DNA of 64,000 nucleotides from Eledone cirrhosa. Lineage: Eukaryota. A program made the position numbers and the translations under genes. The notes under the pieces were generated by a model. That model ran no database searches, was not told the origin of the DNA, and saw nothing but the letters and a program-made list of their open reading frames with translations. Shown one piece after another: positions 38,333 through 52,137 of the stretch (positions within the stretch are counted from its first letter, which is position 1; every line of letters starts with the position of its first letter). The stretch spans positions 12,090,001-12,154,000 of the forward strand of contig OZ024756.1 in assembly GCA_964016885.1 (NCBI GenBank), in the 5' to 3' direction.

Positions 38333-38944
38333 GTATGTTTGGTTTATATGAGTTGATGGGAAATTCTATGATATCTTAATATTTGATTTATATTATTTTA
38401 TTCTATTACTGGTTTCAGTCATCAAATTGTGACCATGTTGGGGTACTGTCTTTCAAGGGATTTAGCTAATCATATTGGCGCCAGTACTTTTTTTTATATC
38501 TGTGCTGCTTATTTTATCACTAAGTTACACGACATAACAAACAGTAACTTTAACCCTTTAGCATTCACATTATTTTATATATACTATTATATTTTAATGG
38601 CAAAGGCTTTACTTCACATAATTACCTCACATAATATCGAATCTATGAGATTTTGAAAGTATTTATTTTGAAAACAATACCTTAACATCAGTTTGAGTGA
38701 CCAGTTACAGCCGGTTTCAACAGAAAGCGGTAGAGAATTCTGGCCGGTTTGAACACTAAAGGGTTGAACACAAATGTGGCGACATACACACACTTATAGG
38801 TTTGACTTTGCATCGTGTGTCTCCATTGGTGGACAGCAAGTCATATTCATCTATGTTGACTTAGAATAGTGGATGTTTTCCATAAGTGTATGCCTTTCCA
38901 GATGTCAGCCTTTTCTTGCTGTAATGATACACATCCAAATGTTG

Positions 38945-39205
38945 GCACACAGTTGCTGTGAAATAATGACACAGTAGCTGTGAAATGACACAGTTGCTGT
39001 GAAATAATGACACAGTAGCTGTGAAATGACACAGTTGCTGTGAAATAATGACACAGTAGCTGTGAAATGACACAGTAGCTATGAAATGACACAGTAGCTG
39101 TGAAATAATGACACAGTAGCTGTGAAATGACACAGTAGCTATGAAATGACACAGTAGCTGTGAAATAATGACACAGTAGCTGTGAAATGACACAGTAGCT
39201 GTGAA
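38945..39205. repeat. 19/22-bp minisatellite GACACAGTAGCTGTGAAAT(AAT)
   Basis: Tandem units. Confidence 0.9.
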
Positions 39206-39433
39206 TTTAAAATATTTTTGATCAAAGCTTCAAATGTTCAACTCAGTGATTGAGAAAAAATTAGAGGAAATGTTGTCTCCAAATTCTTATTAAGAGAGAC
39301 ACTAAATATTGACTTCTAATTCAGACACAACACCTGCTATTTGTGGGGTGGAAAAAGTCGATAATATCGACCATAGTATTTGATTGAACTCAGAATTTAA
39401 CCCTTTACCATTTACATTACTTTATATATATTA

Positions 39434-39918
39434 CTAGCAGTGGTACCCGGCATTGCACGGGATAAGGTATTTTGGAACGTGGGCCGCCAACAGACCTAAT
39501 CGTGGAAAAACTGCATGCCTGGACAATATGTAAAGAAAATAAACCAAATACTCTGATGGCTGGATAATCTTTAAAATTTTCCTCGATAAAGCAGGAAAAA
39601 TGCAGGTTTTCACCTAATGTGGGCCCTAGGGTATCAAGAATTTTTTATGTGCATAGTATATGCCTTGAAATTTCAGTAAAATCGGCTAGACGTAACGCCT
39701 CAAAAAAGCCCTAAAAAGCTGAAAAAAACGCAGTTTTTCACAATGTGAGCCCTAGGCCATAAAAAAGTTGGATTTTATGTGCATAACACTCCCTGAAACA
39801 TAAGTAATACACATGTAAAGTTTGAAAAAAATCGGTTGGGTACTTCTCGAGTTTTAGGGATTCAAACTCACAGACACATACACACACAGACAGACATCCT
39901 CAGTTTTATATATATAGA
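39434..39918 (-). mobile_element. Non-autonomous Helitron nested in a piggyBac-like MITE
   Basis: Minus strand A|TC...CCCGTGCAATGCCGGG hairpin...CTAG|T. MITE sequence resumes on both sides. Confidence 0.8.
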
Positions 39919-40723
39919 TTATATTTTCACAGTAAAGTTTTTACCTCACATAATATCTCACAATAATATCAAATCTATGAGATTTTGATATTATTTATTT
40001 TGAGAACAATACATTAATATAAGTATAAGCAGTCGGTTATGGCCGGTTTGAACAGAAAGAGGTGAGAATTTCTGGCTGGATGTGGCCGGTTTAAATGTTA
40101 AAGGGTTAAAAAGCAAGAAAAAATCCTGCAAAAATTATTCAATGTTTTAACAATCGGCACTAAATAATGATTTCTCATTTAGGCACAAGGCCAACAAATT
40201 TGGGGGAAGGGCAAAGTCGGGATTTGAACTCAGAATGTAAGGATCGGGAACAAATACTGCAAAGCATTTTATCCAGCACTACCAATCCACCACCTCAGAG
40301 AGATACTAAATATTAAAACCAATAATGCTCTTTTTCCCACCAGATTGAAAATTTGGATTTATAAACAGGTGTTTTTTTTTTTTTATTTTTATAAATCAAA
40401 ATTGGTGAGGAGAATAATAATCAAAAACAAACAAATAAATAAAAAATAGTTAAAATTTAAATTGAAGGTGTCAGGTTCAAAATTTATTATTTAGATGCTT
40501 GGAAATTAAGATTATTAAGTTTAATTTTAGTATAATTTCAGTTTTCGAATTTTGCTTAAAAATTTATTTCTAAAAAAATTTTTTTTTTTAACTTTAATTG
40601 TGAAATGGAATTTCAAACTGATAAAACTAACTGAAATATAAAACTTGATTTTAAATTTGCATTTTTAATATATCCATGCTAGCGTGGAAAATGGACGTTA
40701 AACGATGATGATGATGATGATGA

Positions 40724-41955
40724 TCATCATCATCATCATCATCACCGTTTTACGTCCGTTCTTCCACGCTAGCATGGGTTAGACGGGTTGTCCTGTTGTG
40801 TGCAGTGTCTGGTCGGCTGACCATGCCTTGCTCATACAGGAACTGATCTGGCTTGATTTCTACAGCTGGATGCCCTTCCTAACACCAACCTCATTTACAG
40901 TGAGTGCTGGGTGCTTTTTCGTGGCGCCTACACGTCCACTTTACAATGTGGGCTGGGTGCTTTTTTGCCGTGGCACCTCCACGACCACCTTGCGGTGGGG
41001 GGTGTGGGGGCATATTGTTTATATGCTTCAGCATGTACCCATGGGAGGTCGGGTACTCTGTATTACTGCGTGACGCCAGAAGTCACGGTCGTGTGTCATT
41101 GTCTTTGAGAGGTGTAATTGGGTAAGGTCGGCTTTTATCACCTCATCCCAGGTCATCTTGGGTCTCCCCACTCCGCGGTTTCCATCAACTTCTAGTGCTC
41201 TGCACCTTTTTATGCAGCTGTCATCCTTCATACGCATCACATGTCCATACCAGCGCAACCGCCTCTCCTGCACACAGCATTTGATTCCTCTTATGCTCAG
41301 TCTCTCTCTCAATTCATTTATGCTTTGTCGTTCACGTATATTACTGTTACACATCCATCGGAGCATGCAGGCTTCGTTTCTCTCTAATCTACGTAAGTCT
41401 TCCACCTTCAGCGCCCAGGTCTCACTACCATGCAACATCGCTGTTCGGATACACGCATCATACAGTCTGCCTTTCATTCTGAGGGAGAAGCCTTTTGCAG
41501 CTAGCAGTGGTAGTAGTTCCCTAAACTTCTTCCATCCCGTTCTTACCCTAGTTATTGTACTTTCTGAACACCCACCTCCGTTGCTAATTCGGTCACCTAG
41601 GTAGCAGAAGCTGTCTACTGTTTCTACAGGGCCCTCCCAGAGATTGGTGGTACTTGTTTCTTGTGGCTGTTTGCTGCTTGTTGTTTCAGCACAGCTGCTG
41701 CATGTGAATCCTACATTCTTAATTAAGCTTCCTGAGATCCCGCTACATCTCTTGTGTACCCATTGTTTGCATTTGGGGCAGAGAATGGAGTTCCTACCTA
41801 CACCTTTCCTACATACTGAGCAAGGCCATTTCCCTGAGGGGATCTGGGTTCTGTTTTCTCGTCTACTTACAAGGACCTTAGTCTTTGTCATGTTGACTTT
41901 GAGACCCTTTCTCTCTAGTCCCTGCTTCCAGGTTTGGAATTTTGATGATATAAAT
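40724..41955 (-). mobile_element. 5'-truncated RTE LINE, family B, whose 3' UTR contains the SINE-A module
   Basis: ORF ...GKWPCSVC..FCYLG..MLHGSETW..RLRWYGHV..GRPKMTW. 3' UTR includes GGTGTTAGGAAGGGCATCCAG. Tail CCCATGCTAGCGTGGAAGAACGGACG-(ATG)n. Confidence 0.9.
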
Positions 41956-42019
41956 TGGATGATGATGATATAAATATATATATATATATATATATGTGTA
42001 TATATATATATATATATAC

Positions 42020-42690
42020 ACATTATTAAATTTTAATTTTTAATTTTAATCTAATTTTTCAACCTATCATTATAAATATTATAATCAAAACATAATGAAT
42101 CCTGCATTATAAATATTATTCTTCCACGCTATTCTCATTTCTTCTTTTCTTCTCTCACTTAAATATACTTACGCTCTTCTCTTCATGCATGCTATTTTCA
42201 CTGTCAAAATATATATAATCGTTCTTTCTTTCCTCTCCTATCTTTCTCATTTTTTTCTTATTTTTTTCTCTTTTCTCTTTTTTCTCTCTCCCTCACATAT
42301 CACCTTCTTCCAACAGTTTAATTTAAACCATTATCTTTTCAACCTTTCGGACACTCATTTGCATACTCAATCATAATTTTCTATCACCCTCAATAAATGT
42401 AATATCTCCACTATCCAGGAAGCTCCAACCGTTAAGGTTGTCTTTTTTTCCGGGTAGTCAATATTTATTTATAAAACAAATCTGTATTTTATCTGATGAA
42501 AACGCACCATAATTTGCCTTGGTGGCCCTTGAAATATGTAAAATAAAATAAATATGGTTTTATAAATATAGTTTCCATTTATTAATATATTGTGTATTTA
42601 CTCCACTAACTGTTGAGTGCTTTATATCAGTTATAAAATTTTTTAAGCTTGTTGAATCCCAACAAATTAAATATAACCTCTGCATATATG
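42020..42690 (+). mobile_element. PLE 3'-terminal fragment, same family as 7390-7900
   Basis: Reverse-complement similarity (CTCATTTGCATACTCA, CAACCGTTAAGGTTGTC, hammerhead). Confidence 0.75.
42484..42550 (+). ncRNA. Hammerhead motif of the 7426 PLE family; cleavage site degenerate
   Basis: tattttat-CTGATGA-aaacgcacca..tggtggccctt-GAAA-tatgtaaa-ataaaata. Confidence 0.6.
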
Positions 42691-42914
42691 TATATATATA
42701 TATGTATATATATATATGTATATATGAGTCTGTGAGTATTGATTTATTATTTTCTAGATCGTACAGGCAGACCTTATGTTGTTGAATTAAGATTTTTCAC
42801 TCTAGCGATCTTATTAGTCAATTGCAACTATAACATGTAAATGTTCATCAAATATTAATTTATATATATGTATATATATACATATATATATGTATATATA
42901 TATGTATATATATG

Positions 42915-42979
<65 letters not shown>

Positions 42980-42989
42980 GTATATATAT

Positions 42990-43023
<34 letters not shown>

Positions 43024-43041
43024 GTATATGTATATATGTAT

Positions 43042-43085
<44 letters not shown>

Positions 43086-43105
43086 GTATATATATATGTA
43101 TATAT

Positions 43106-43139
<34 letters not shown>

Positions 43140-43156
43140 ATGTATATGTATATATG

Positions 43157-43227
<71 letters not shown>

Positions 43228-43232
43228 ATATA

Positions 43233-43883
43233 CAGTGCATCTTTGCTTATCCGGATATCGCTTTTCCGAAATTCGATTTACCGGACGGCTATTTCTATGC
43301 TACCTCCGGATGAGGAGGACTTGATTTCAACAGACGGACAGATTCGGGCAGCATTTCTTCCAGCAAACGTTACGTCACTTATTCAGCCAATGGACCAGGG
43401 AGTTTTGGAGACACTAAAGCAGATTTACAGAAAACAATTGCTGCGAGATTTGATCGGAAAAGGGGACACGGGAATGATTCCATTTTTACGTGCAATAAAC
43501 ATGAGGGAGGTGGTTGACCGTTCAGCTGTTGCGTGGAAATGGTAGCGGAACGACGAGCTTCGGCGCGAAACAATCTTCTGTTTATTTATTTTTTATAAAA
43601 GTACTAACTTTTTATGGTTTGACTCAGTTTTACCAAGTTTTTAGTTATTCTTATGTTTGTTTAATTAATTTTCTTATAAATTCTAGCTGTTCTTTTGTTA
43701 CTCTAATAAACTTTCTTCACTTAGCATTTGTCTTTTATTTTAACTAAAAGATTCCAAAACATTAGAAACCATGAGCATTATGTAACAATGGGATTTTAGA
43801 ACTCACTTATCCGGATATTTCACTTAACCGGATCTTTTTCTAACTGTTTGGTTTTGACCGTCCGGATAAGTGAAGATTCACTG
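43233..43883 (+). mobile_element. Tigger/pogo-type internally deleted DNA transposon
   Basis: TIRs CAGTGCATCTTTGCTTATCCGGA / TCCGGATAAGTGAAGATTCACTG within TA tracts. DDE fragment [27 protein letters not shown]. Confidence 0.88.
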
Positions 43884-43936
<53 letters not shown>

Positions 43937-44029
43937 GTGTATATATATATGTATGTATATATGTGTATATATATATGTATGTATATATATATATGTATAT
44001 ATATATATATGTATATATATATATGTATA

Positions 44030-44074
<45 letters not shown>

Positions 44075-44122
44075 GTATATATATATACATAACATAATAT
44101 ATATATATACATATATAATATG

Positions 44123-44153
<31 letters not shown>

Positions 44154-44167
44154 GTATATATATATGT

Positions 44168-44508
44168 GGAGGCACATGGCTTAGTGGTTAGAGCATTGGC
44201 CTTGCAATCAAAAGGTTGTGAGTTCAATTTTCAGACCGGGTGATGTGTTGTTTCCTTGAGCAAGATACTTTATTTCACATTGCTCCAGTTTACTCAGCTG
44301 TAGAAATGAGATGATAGGGACTGGGGTCCATATCATTCCACTGCAAAGTGGTCGTGGAGGTGACACGGCAAAAAAGCACCCAGCACTCACTGTAAATGAG
44401 GTTGGTGTTAGGAAGGGCATCCAGCTGTAGAAATCAAGCCAGAATCAGTTCCCGTCCTACCCTTGCAAGCAGGGAAAAGCGGACGTAAAATGAAATGATG
44501 ATGATGAT
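44168..44508 (+). mobile_element. SINE family A (RTE-A tail)
   Basis: Full head, core and tail. Confidence 0.9.
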
Positions 44509-44891
44509 ATATATGTATATATATATATGTATATATATATGTATATATATATATATATATATATAGTAAAAAGAAAGAAAAGGTGGTAGGTTGTTGAATA
44601 AAATGCTACTGTGGTATTTGTCCTGACTCTTTACATTCTGAGAGCTCAACTTTGCCTTTCGTCTTTTCAGAGTTGATAAAATAAAGTCAAGTATTGGGGG
44701 TTACTTTAATCAATTTTGCCCTTTCCACTAAATTTCCTGGCCTTGTGCCTAATTATATATTTTGAATTAAGGTTTCTTGGTTTGAGTGAATGTTGGTTTT
44801 TCTTATCATATTTTCATGTAAAAAACGTACAACTTATATAAATGAGTATATACAGGAAGTGGTTATTGTATTTTATGTGTATTTATTCCAG

Positions 44892-45008
44892 AATGAAGAT
44901 GAACTGAATGACCTGAAAGCTGAAACAAAAGAGAAAGTTGAAGTAATGGAAGAGAAGAAGAAAGAACTTGCATCAAAAAGAAAAGAGGCCGAGAAGTTGA
45001 CAGGAAAA
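44892..45008 (+). CDS. NUGGC: NUGGC-like exon, coiled coil (NEDELNDLKAETKEKVEVMEEKKKELASKRKEAEKLTGK)
   Basis: ttccag|AAT ... AAA|gtaatt. 117 nt, phase 0/0. Confidence 0.85.
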
Positions 45009-45403
45009 GTAATTAATAACTAATTAGTCCTTTTGATAATCAGCCCACCTGTAAACCGATCCTAGTTCTATATACCTGTTTAGTTTAAAGTGTTTATATT
45101 CATCCCTCATTGTTTTATGTATCTTTGTTAAATTACATTCCAAATGCCTGCTTAATAATGAGAAAATACCAAATCCCTCTAAATTCATGATTATTTTCAA
45201 AATTATTTGGAAATTTGAATATATATTACTCTATTATATGTTCCACCCAAGGGGATGAGGCTATGCTGGGACACTGCCATTCGAGGTTAACTTTGCCTTT
45301 CATCCTTACGGGGTCGATAAAATAAAGTACCAGTAATACACTGAGTAAATAAAGTACCAGCAATGCACTGAGTAATTACTGGCCTTGTGCCAAAAGTAGA
45401 AGC

Positions 45404-45459
<56 letters not shown>

Positions 45460-45461
<2 letters not shown>

Positions 45462-47062
45462 AATAACAAGTTATCATTTTAGGTAATCCAGTTAGAGGTT
45501 GTGAGTACTATGTACTATGGATAGTTTTAACGTACGGTGTTGTTTGACTCAACAAGAGGTTTCCTTAGTTAGGTAGCGAGTTTGCAAAAATCCGATGCAG
45601 GTCATTCTTGGAGTAATAGTAGTGAAAGAGTGAAGAATAACATGGTCGGCTGTACAAAAAGGGTTTTATTTACAGTATTAACAATTGTTTCATTGATCAT
45701 GTGAGTCTAAAGATCGCTAATCACTCGAAGTTGCGTCACTCGACCTTAAATACAGTGTTTACCTCTGATCAAATCATCGGAATACTGGAGAGTGTAACAC
45801 ATGGCATTGGTATTTATAGATACATCGGAGAATCAAGTGAATGAAAACAATAACATCAATAATTGTTTCTACTTTAGGCACAAGGCCAGCAATTACCCAG
45901 TGCATTACTGGTACTTTATTTTATCGACCCCATAAGGATGAAAGGCAAAGTCAACCTCGGCGGGATTTGAACTCAGATCGTAAAGGGACGTAACTATGCT
46001 GGAAAGCATGGCGTCCGACCCTCTACCGATACTGCCAATCCATAAAAAAACCGTAGACTAGAGAACTCAACGACGCTGGCCAATAAGATCTGGCAGCTTA
46101 AGGACATCAACCAGGAATGTGAGATTAGCTGATCGAAGTTATCGAGTGCAAGGAAGGGCCTAAAAAAATGGAATGTCCCACTGCGGACTTTGCAATATGG
46201 AGCTGCTCCATATTTTGAAGTATGATAAAATGCTGCTTAACAACAAAATAGAACGATCAGTTTTCTGTAGGCACAAAGCAGCTACTAAATTTGCAAATTT
46301 CAAACCAACATGATTCGAGCCAGCAATCTCAAAATTCAAGCAGAACCACCCAGGTTTTAATGTACTACCTCCACACCACTCCAATGTTATTAACTGTCAA
46401 CTGACCAACCGATCATTAAATCAACATCATAAATCTCTCAACCTTTCTTTCTCTCTCTATATATATATATAGAGCTGCATCACCTCCATTAAGATAAAAC
46501 AATCAGTCTGCCAGACATTAACCACCTGTTTATCATCACTGCCCATTTCACTTTTTATTCTCTATCTATCTACTCCTTCCCCGTCCTTAGTCCTACCCCT
46601 TATGTCTCATCCTCTAATCCTTATCTTCACTCTCTGTCTCCTGTCTCATCTCTTCCTCTTTTATTTTTTATTTTTTATTTTTTATTTTTTATTTTTTATT
46701 TTTTATTTTTTATTTTTTATTTTTTATTTTTTATTTTTTATTTTTTATTTTTTATTTTTTATTTTTTATTTTTTATTTTAATCCTCTGAGATTTAATTAT
46801 ACCTCTTGTATTTATACTACATATCATGTATTTCGTATTTTTCATGTTATTGTCATCTTATGGCATCACTATTTTACACATCCACTTACTCACCACTATA
46901 ACTTCAACAACCACCACCACCACCACCACCACTACTATTATCAGCAATCGTATTATGTACTTATTCTTTGCTTTTTTTTTTACATCTTTATTTACATCTA
47001 ACTTCTTTATTATTATCTTTTATTATTGATGTTATTGTTTTCATTCACTTGATTCTCCGATG
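45460..47062. mobile_element. Second PLE family: GIY-YIG C-terminal fragment (+, about 46050-46313) with inverted hammerhead-bearing segment (-, 45460-45862), interrupted by a SINE-B
   Basis: STTLANKIWQLKD..IS*..CGLCNMELLHILK..LLNNKIE..CRHK. 45822-45862 is the reverse complement of 47023-47061. Confidence 0.7.
45673..45787 (-). ncRNA. Hammerhead-like motif with long stem II, core variant CCGATGA
   Basis: Minus strand: cagtatt-CCGATGA-tttgatca...tgatcaat-GAAA-acaattgt-TA-atactg, followed by AATAAA. Confidence 0.55.
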
Positions 47063-47279
47063 GATGTATGTATGTATATGTGTGTGTGTGTGTGTGTGCA
47101 GTAAGTCCAAAGAAAACTGGTGAGAGAACCAAGGTCAGCACTCGATACAGAGCAGAGTGTATATAATACATTCTATAGGCTTGTTTGTGTCTAGCTGGTT
47201 GTCCACAGGCTGCTTGAGAAACATTTGTAACTAGGATTGAGCAATAAATCTCCTATGTAACATTTCCACTTTGTTCTTG

Positions 47280-47322
<43 letters not shown>

Positions 47323-48622
47323 AACGAGTAGGACCCCGATGGCTGAGCTCAAGCCATTTCGACGGCTAATTCTGGACTAAAAAAAAAAAACTTGGTTCCT
47401 TACCACATTTCCTTCGTTATATATATATATATATATATATATTCAGAAGAGATTGTTTTAGTAAAAGCTGGAGAAAACTCTCTACATTCGTAGTTTGTAG
47501 TTACGATAGTGGATTCAGAATAATAACAACATTAAGAAAGATGCTGATGTTACATAAATCGCTTATAATAATTATTTCAACAGCTCTCCCATGCAATCCA
47601 AGGTGTAATTTATACATTTGTTGTTATGAGAATGGTATCTTTAGAGGAAATTTGGTTTTGTGATATGCTGCAGGCAGACAAAAACACTTCTTTCAGTTCG
47701 TGAACCCAGTCGACATACGAGTTCCTAAAAAGTTCTTTCCCAGCCATCGTGTTTTCATTTTCTGGGGTGATGTGTTACCTACATGTCAGTTAACGAATCA
47801 GGACTTGTGGTTGCCCCCATGGAATTAGGGTTGTAAATTACCAAAAGACACACATAGACTATCGTTTAGTGCAGGTCAACACAACATACTTGAAGGGTTA
47901 TCCTTCAAGCAAGGAAAAGCAGACGTAAAATGATGATGATGATGATTGTTATACTTTGGGAGGGTTATGCTGCCAATAAAAATACATACATCCGTTGATT
48001 TTCACTTCAATTTATTATAAATTTCCAGTTGGTTGGTTGGTTGGTTCGATAACTGGATGATTGTTTATATATTGTCAAAGCTCTTTCGTCACACATTCTG
48101 TGACCTCCTCAGTGACTGGGTTTTTATTTTGTGTATCTCTCTTTTGTTCTGTCCTACAATATATAAACAGCCATCCAGTTATCGAACCACCCAACCAACC
48201 GGACATTTATAATAAATTGAAATGAAAACCAACAGGTGTGCATGTTTTTATTGACAGTATGACCCTCCCAAACTATAACAATATCTGTTTCAACACATGT
48301 TTTCAGATAAGAAATATTGCAAAACAAATTAAAAAACAAATTATATATATGTATATATCACAGAAAAAAGAGAATCAGTGTTGCGACGAAAGGAATTTAT
48401 TAGACATATTACAATTGTTTCTCGGGCGACCAGCTCGAGGTATGATCGATGTGGTGATCAAACCTGACTCTGAAATCGCACGGTCCTCGGACACTTCTCG
48501 ATTCTACGAACCAGATTTTCCTATTGCAGGTGGACATATATATATATATGTGTGTGTGTCCACCTGTCTCTCAGTCTTTATATACAAATCGTCATCTGAC
48601 TGAACTATACCTTTATTTCCAG

Positions 48623-48742
48623 ATACTAAAGTTAGACCATGAAATATGTGTAAACCGGAAACACATTGCCTCAGTTTGTGCCAAAGCCAGGAATGAATAT
48701 TCTAAAGCTCAAATTAAGAAAGATTTCAAAGCTGGTCTTAAG
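48623..48742 (+). CDS. NUGGC: NUGGC-like exon ILKLDHEICVNRKHIASVCAKARNEYSKAQIKKDFKAGLK
   Basis: ttccag|ATA ... AAG|gtgagt. CxxxRNxYSKxxIxxDF motif. Confidence 0.9.
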
Positions 48743-49705
48743 GTGAGTAATAAAATAGACTTTTATGGGAACGCTCTGATTCCTGTTATTAAGGTGAGTT
48801 TTAATTTTAGAAAAATAAAAATGACTTTGAACTAGAATATGCTTTTTAACCCTTTAGCATTCGCATTACTCTATATATACTATTATATTTTCATGGTAAA
48901 GGCTTTACCTCACATAATATCTCACATAATATTGAATCTATAAGATTTTGAAAGTATTTATTTTGAGAACAGTACCTTAACATCAGTTTGAGTGACCAGT
49001 TACAGCCAGTTTCAACAGAAAGAGGTAGAGAATTCTGACCAGTTTGAACATTAAAGGGTTAATGTTGGTATAGGTTCAATGTGTTATTCTTCTTTTGTTT
49101 TGTTTTTTTGTTTTGAGGCAGTAGTTACTGCCCTTCCTGATGTCACCAACAGTTGCAGGGGCATGGACTACCTTTTCTAAAACTAATCATACATGTGGTT
49201 GACATAGAGTTTTAAAACTGTAAACTAATACATCACCTTAGATACTCAAAACTGTTTGATTGTATTTGTTATGAAGAACATTGAAACTTTCACTGGGAAG
49301 TACTTAGATTTGCATCTAAAAGTGGAACATATTTTTCTGTCAGTTTCACATTTCTGATGCCAAAACACATGAAACTGCATTCGGTTCTCATATACTAAGC
49401 TTGGAAAAGTCAATATAAAAACAATGATGATGATAATGACAAAAGGAAAGTGTTGGTGGAGGGGGGGGGGGGGGAATTCTACTCCATTTGGCTTGAAGTT
49501 ATCTCTCAGTTGTGTACCATGAACAAGATGCTAAAATTAAAAATTATATATTTTTTATCATCCAATTATGTTTTACAATAAATTTTCCATAAGTTTAATA
49601 GGTTTCTATTACTAGGGAATTTCTTGTAAAACATAATTTGATGACAAACAATATATCATTTTTAATTTTAGCATCTTTTTGTACTCATTTCTTTAATTTT
49701 GAAAG

Positions 49706-49942
49706 GAAATGAAGCGGAGAGCTAAAATAGCTTCTGAAGATAGCGATGAGGAAATATTACCTGAGGAAGATGAGGAGGAGATAGAAAACTCTGCTGCCAA
49801 CAATTCCAATGATAATGATCCTCACAAGAACATTAATAATGAAGAATTTGAAGAATATGAGAAAAATCTGAATGTATTTTGTGTCAGTTCTGTGGAGTAC
49901 CTGAAACTGAAGAAGTTACTACATAACGATGGACCTGCTCAG
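49706..49942 (+). CDS. NUGGC: NUGGC-like exon EMKRRAK...LNVFCVSSVEYLKLKKLLHNDGPAQ
   Basis: gaaag|GAA ... CAG|gtaagt. VFCVSS G5-like motif. Confidence 0.9.
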
Positions 49943-50213
49943 GTAAGTTTGTTAACCTCACTTAATTCTGGGTGATGCAAACCGAGCTATTATACTGGGG
50001 ACCCACAAATACTAGCCAGAGGATAATGTCACTCAATTCTGAGTGAGATAAACATAGATACTAAATTCCTTTCCTTTTTTTCCTTTTATTCCGTAACTCC
50101 TGATGGAGTTTTAGGGGCACCATAGTGACATTCAGCATTTGTGGGGCCTTAAAATATCCTGGTAGAGCCTATCCCTATCCAAGCATGACAGCAGCAGATT
50201 TCTTCCAGAGAAG

Positions 50214-50620
50214 GAGGCACATGGCTTAGTGGTTAGAGCATTGGGCTGGCAATCGAAAGGTTGTGAGTTCAATTCTCAGACCGGGTGATGTGTTGTTTCT
50301 TTGAGCAAGACACTTTATTTCACATTGCTCCAGTTTACTCAGCTGTAGAAATGAGAAGATAGGGACTGGGGTCCCTATCATTCCACAGCAAAGTGGTCGT
50401 GGAGGTGCCACGGCAAAAAAAGCCCCCAGCACTCACTGTAAATGAGGTTGGTGTTAGGAAGGGCATCCAGCTGTAGAAATCAAGCCAGAATCAGTTCCTG
50501 TATGAGCAAGACAAGGTCAGCCGACTGGACACTGCCCCCCCCCCCCCCCAAACAGGACAACCCGTCTAACTCATGTTAGCGTGGAAGAACGGACATAAAA
50601 ACGGTGATGATGATGATGAT
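50214..50620 (+). mobile_element. SINE family A with RTE-B-type tail
   Basis: Same head and core, but the tail is GGACAACCCGTCTAACTCATGTTAGCGTGGAAGAACGGAC. Confidence 0.9.
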
Positions 50621-50802
50621 AGAAAGTGAGAAAGAGATATACAGGAAGAATTGAACCCAGTACTAGACTGGTACTTTTTATATCGACCTCTAATGGATAA
50701 AAGGCATTGTTGACCTTGGCAGGATTTGAACTGAGGGAGCAGAGGGCTGGAATTCACCTTCTACTTCACTGGTGACATACAAAATAAAGACCAGATATAA
50801 CA

Positions 50803-51132
50803 TCTATATACTACTAAAACTCTGTGATTGTGTGCTTGTCTGTAATTTAATAGAGTCAAAATGGTGCATAATGGAAAAATACTTTGAAAGGAAGTTGCCC
50901 CTGAAATGAAAATACAAATGAAATAAAACAAGTTTCACGTAAATCAGAGCACTGGTTCCTGAGATACGGGGTTTTTGCGGGTACCTTCATAAATAGAGAG
51001 AGTAAGAGAGTAGATTGAAAGAGACACATTTCTGCGTATATTTTAATTATTTAAAAGTTATTTTTTAAGTGAACATGATTTTTAAAAAATATTTCCAAGT
51101 GAACAAGACCCAACAGGTCACAGGTGGTCTAG
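50803..51132 (+). mobile_element. Helitron-like non-autonomous element
   Basis: A|TCTATATACTACTAAAAC ... CTAG|T. Confidence 0.55.
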
Positions 51133-51794
51133 TAGTCTCTAATATTGGACATTATGGCTCCAAATCTTGTATGTATATTCAAGCTTTGTTGATTCACCTC
51201 CAAGATGGTCTCAAACAAGGAATTTCAAGTTCCATGTTTACAGTTGTAGCAGTTCATTATTTCAATTGTTTGGGGAATATTGCGCACAGTAATTTACTGA
51301 AATCCTACCAGGATTAAATTTACCTGTCGCCTTTCCAGGATTAAGTAACTGGGAGCCAGAGGTATATTTATTTGGTTGTGTGGCCACAGGCATGGCTAAG
51401 TGGTTAAGAAGTTTATTTTGCAATCATAAGTTTTAGGTTCAATCTTACTGTGAGTGAGATATCTTGGGGGTAGTGTTGTTATTGAAATTTGGTAGGTGGA
51501 AACTATGTGGAAGCCTGTAAGATGGATTGAACCTGTAATTCAATGGTCCAACCTTTGTCACATTGGCTATTACATTAAGAGTATGTGTGTCCAAGGAATA
51601 CTCAACCACTCAAACTATAATACTATTAGGCACAAGGCCATCAATTTCGGAGAAGGGAAAGTTATTAAATCGACCCCATAAGGATGAAAGGCAAAGCTAA
51701 TTTGAAATGAGAACGTAAAGGGTCGTAATTATACGCCTCGAAGCATATTGTCAGACTCCTACTATAATAGAAACTAGATTGTACCTGTAATAAT

Positions 51795-52137
51795 GGAGGC
51801 ACATGACTTAGTGGTTAGAGCATTGGCCTTGCAATCGAAAGGTTGTGAGTTCAATTCTCAGACCGGGTGATGTGTTGTTTCCTTGAGCAAGACACTTTAT
51901 TTCACATTGCTCCAGTTTACTCAGCTGTAGAAATGAGATGATAGGGACTTGGGTCTATATCATTCCACTGTAAAGTGGTCGTGGAGGTGCCACGGCAAAA
52001 AAGCACTCAGCATTCACTGTAAATGAGGTTGGTGTTAGGAAGGGCATCCAGCTGTAGAAATCAAGCCAAAATCAGTTCCTGTCCCACCCTTGCAAGCAGG
52101 GAAAAAGCGGACGTAAAATGAAATGAAATGAAATGAA
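51795..52137 (+). mobile_element. SINE family A (RTE-A tail)
   Basis: Full head, core and tail. Confidence 0.9.

Noticed and set aside
47100-47280. Further hammerhead (CTGGTGA ... GAAACATTTGTA ... AATAAA)
   Set aside because: It resembles a PLE end, but the core is altered and stem I cannot be paired. Left uncalled.
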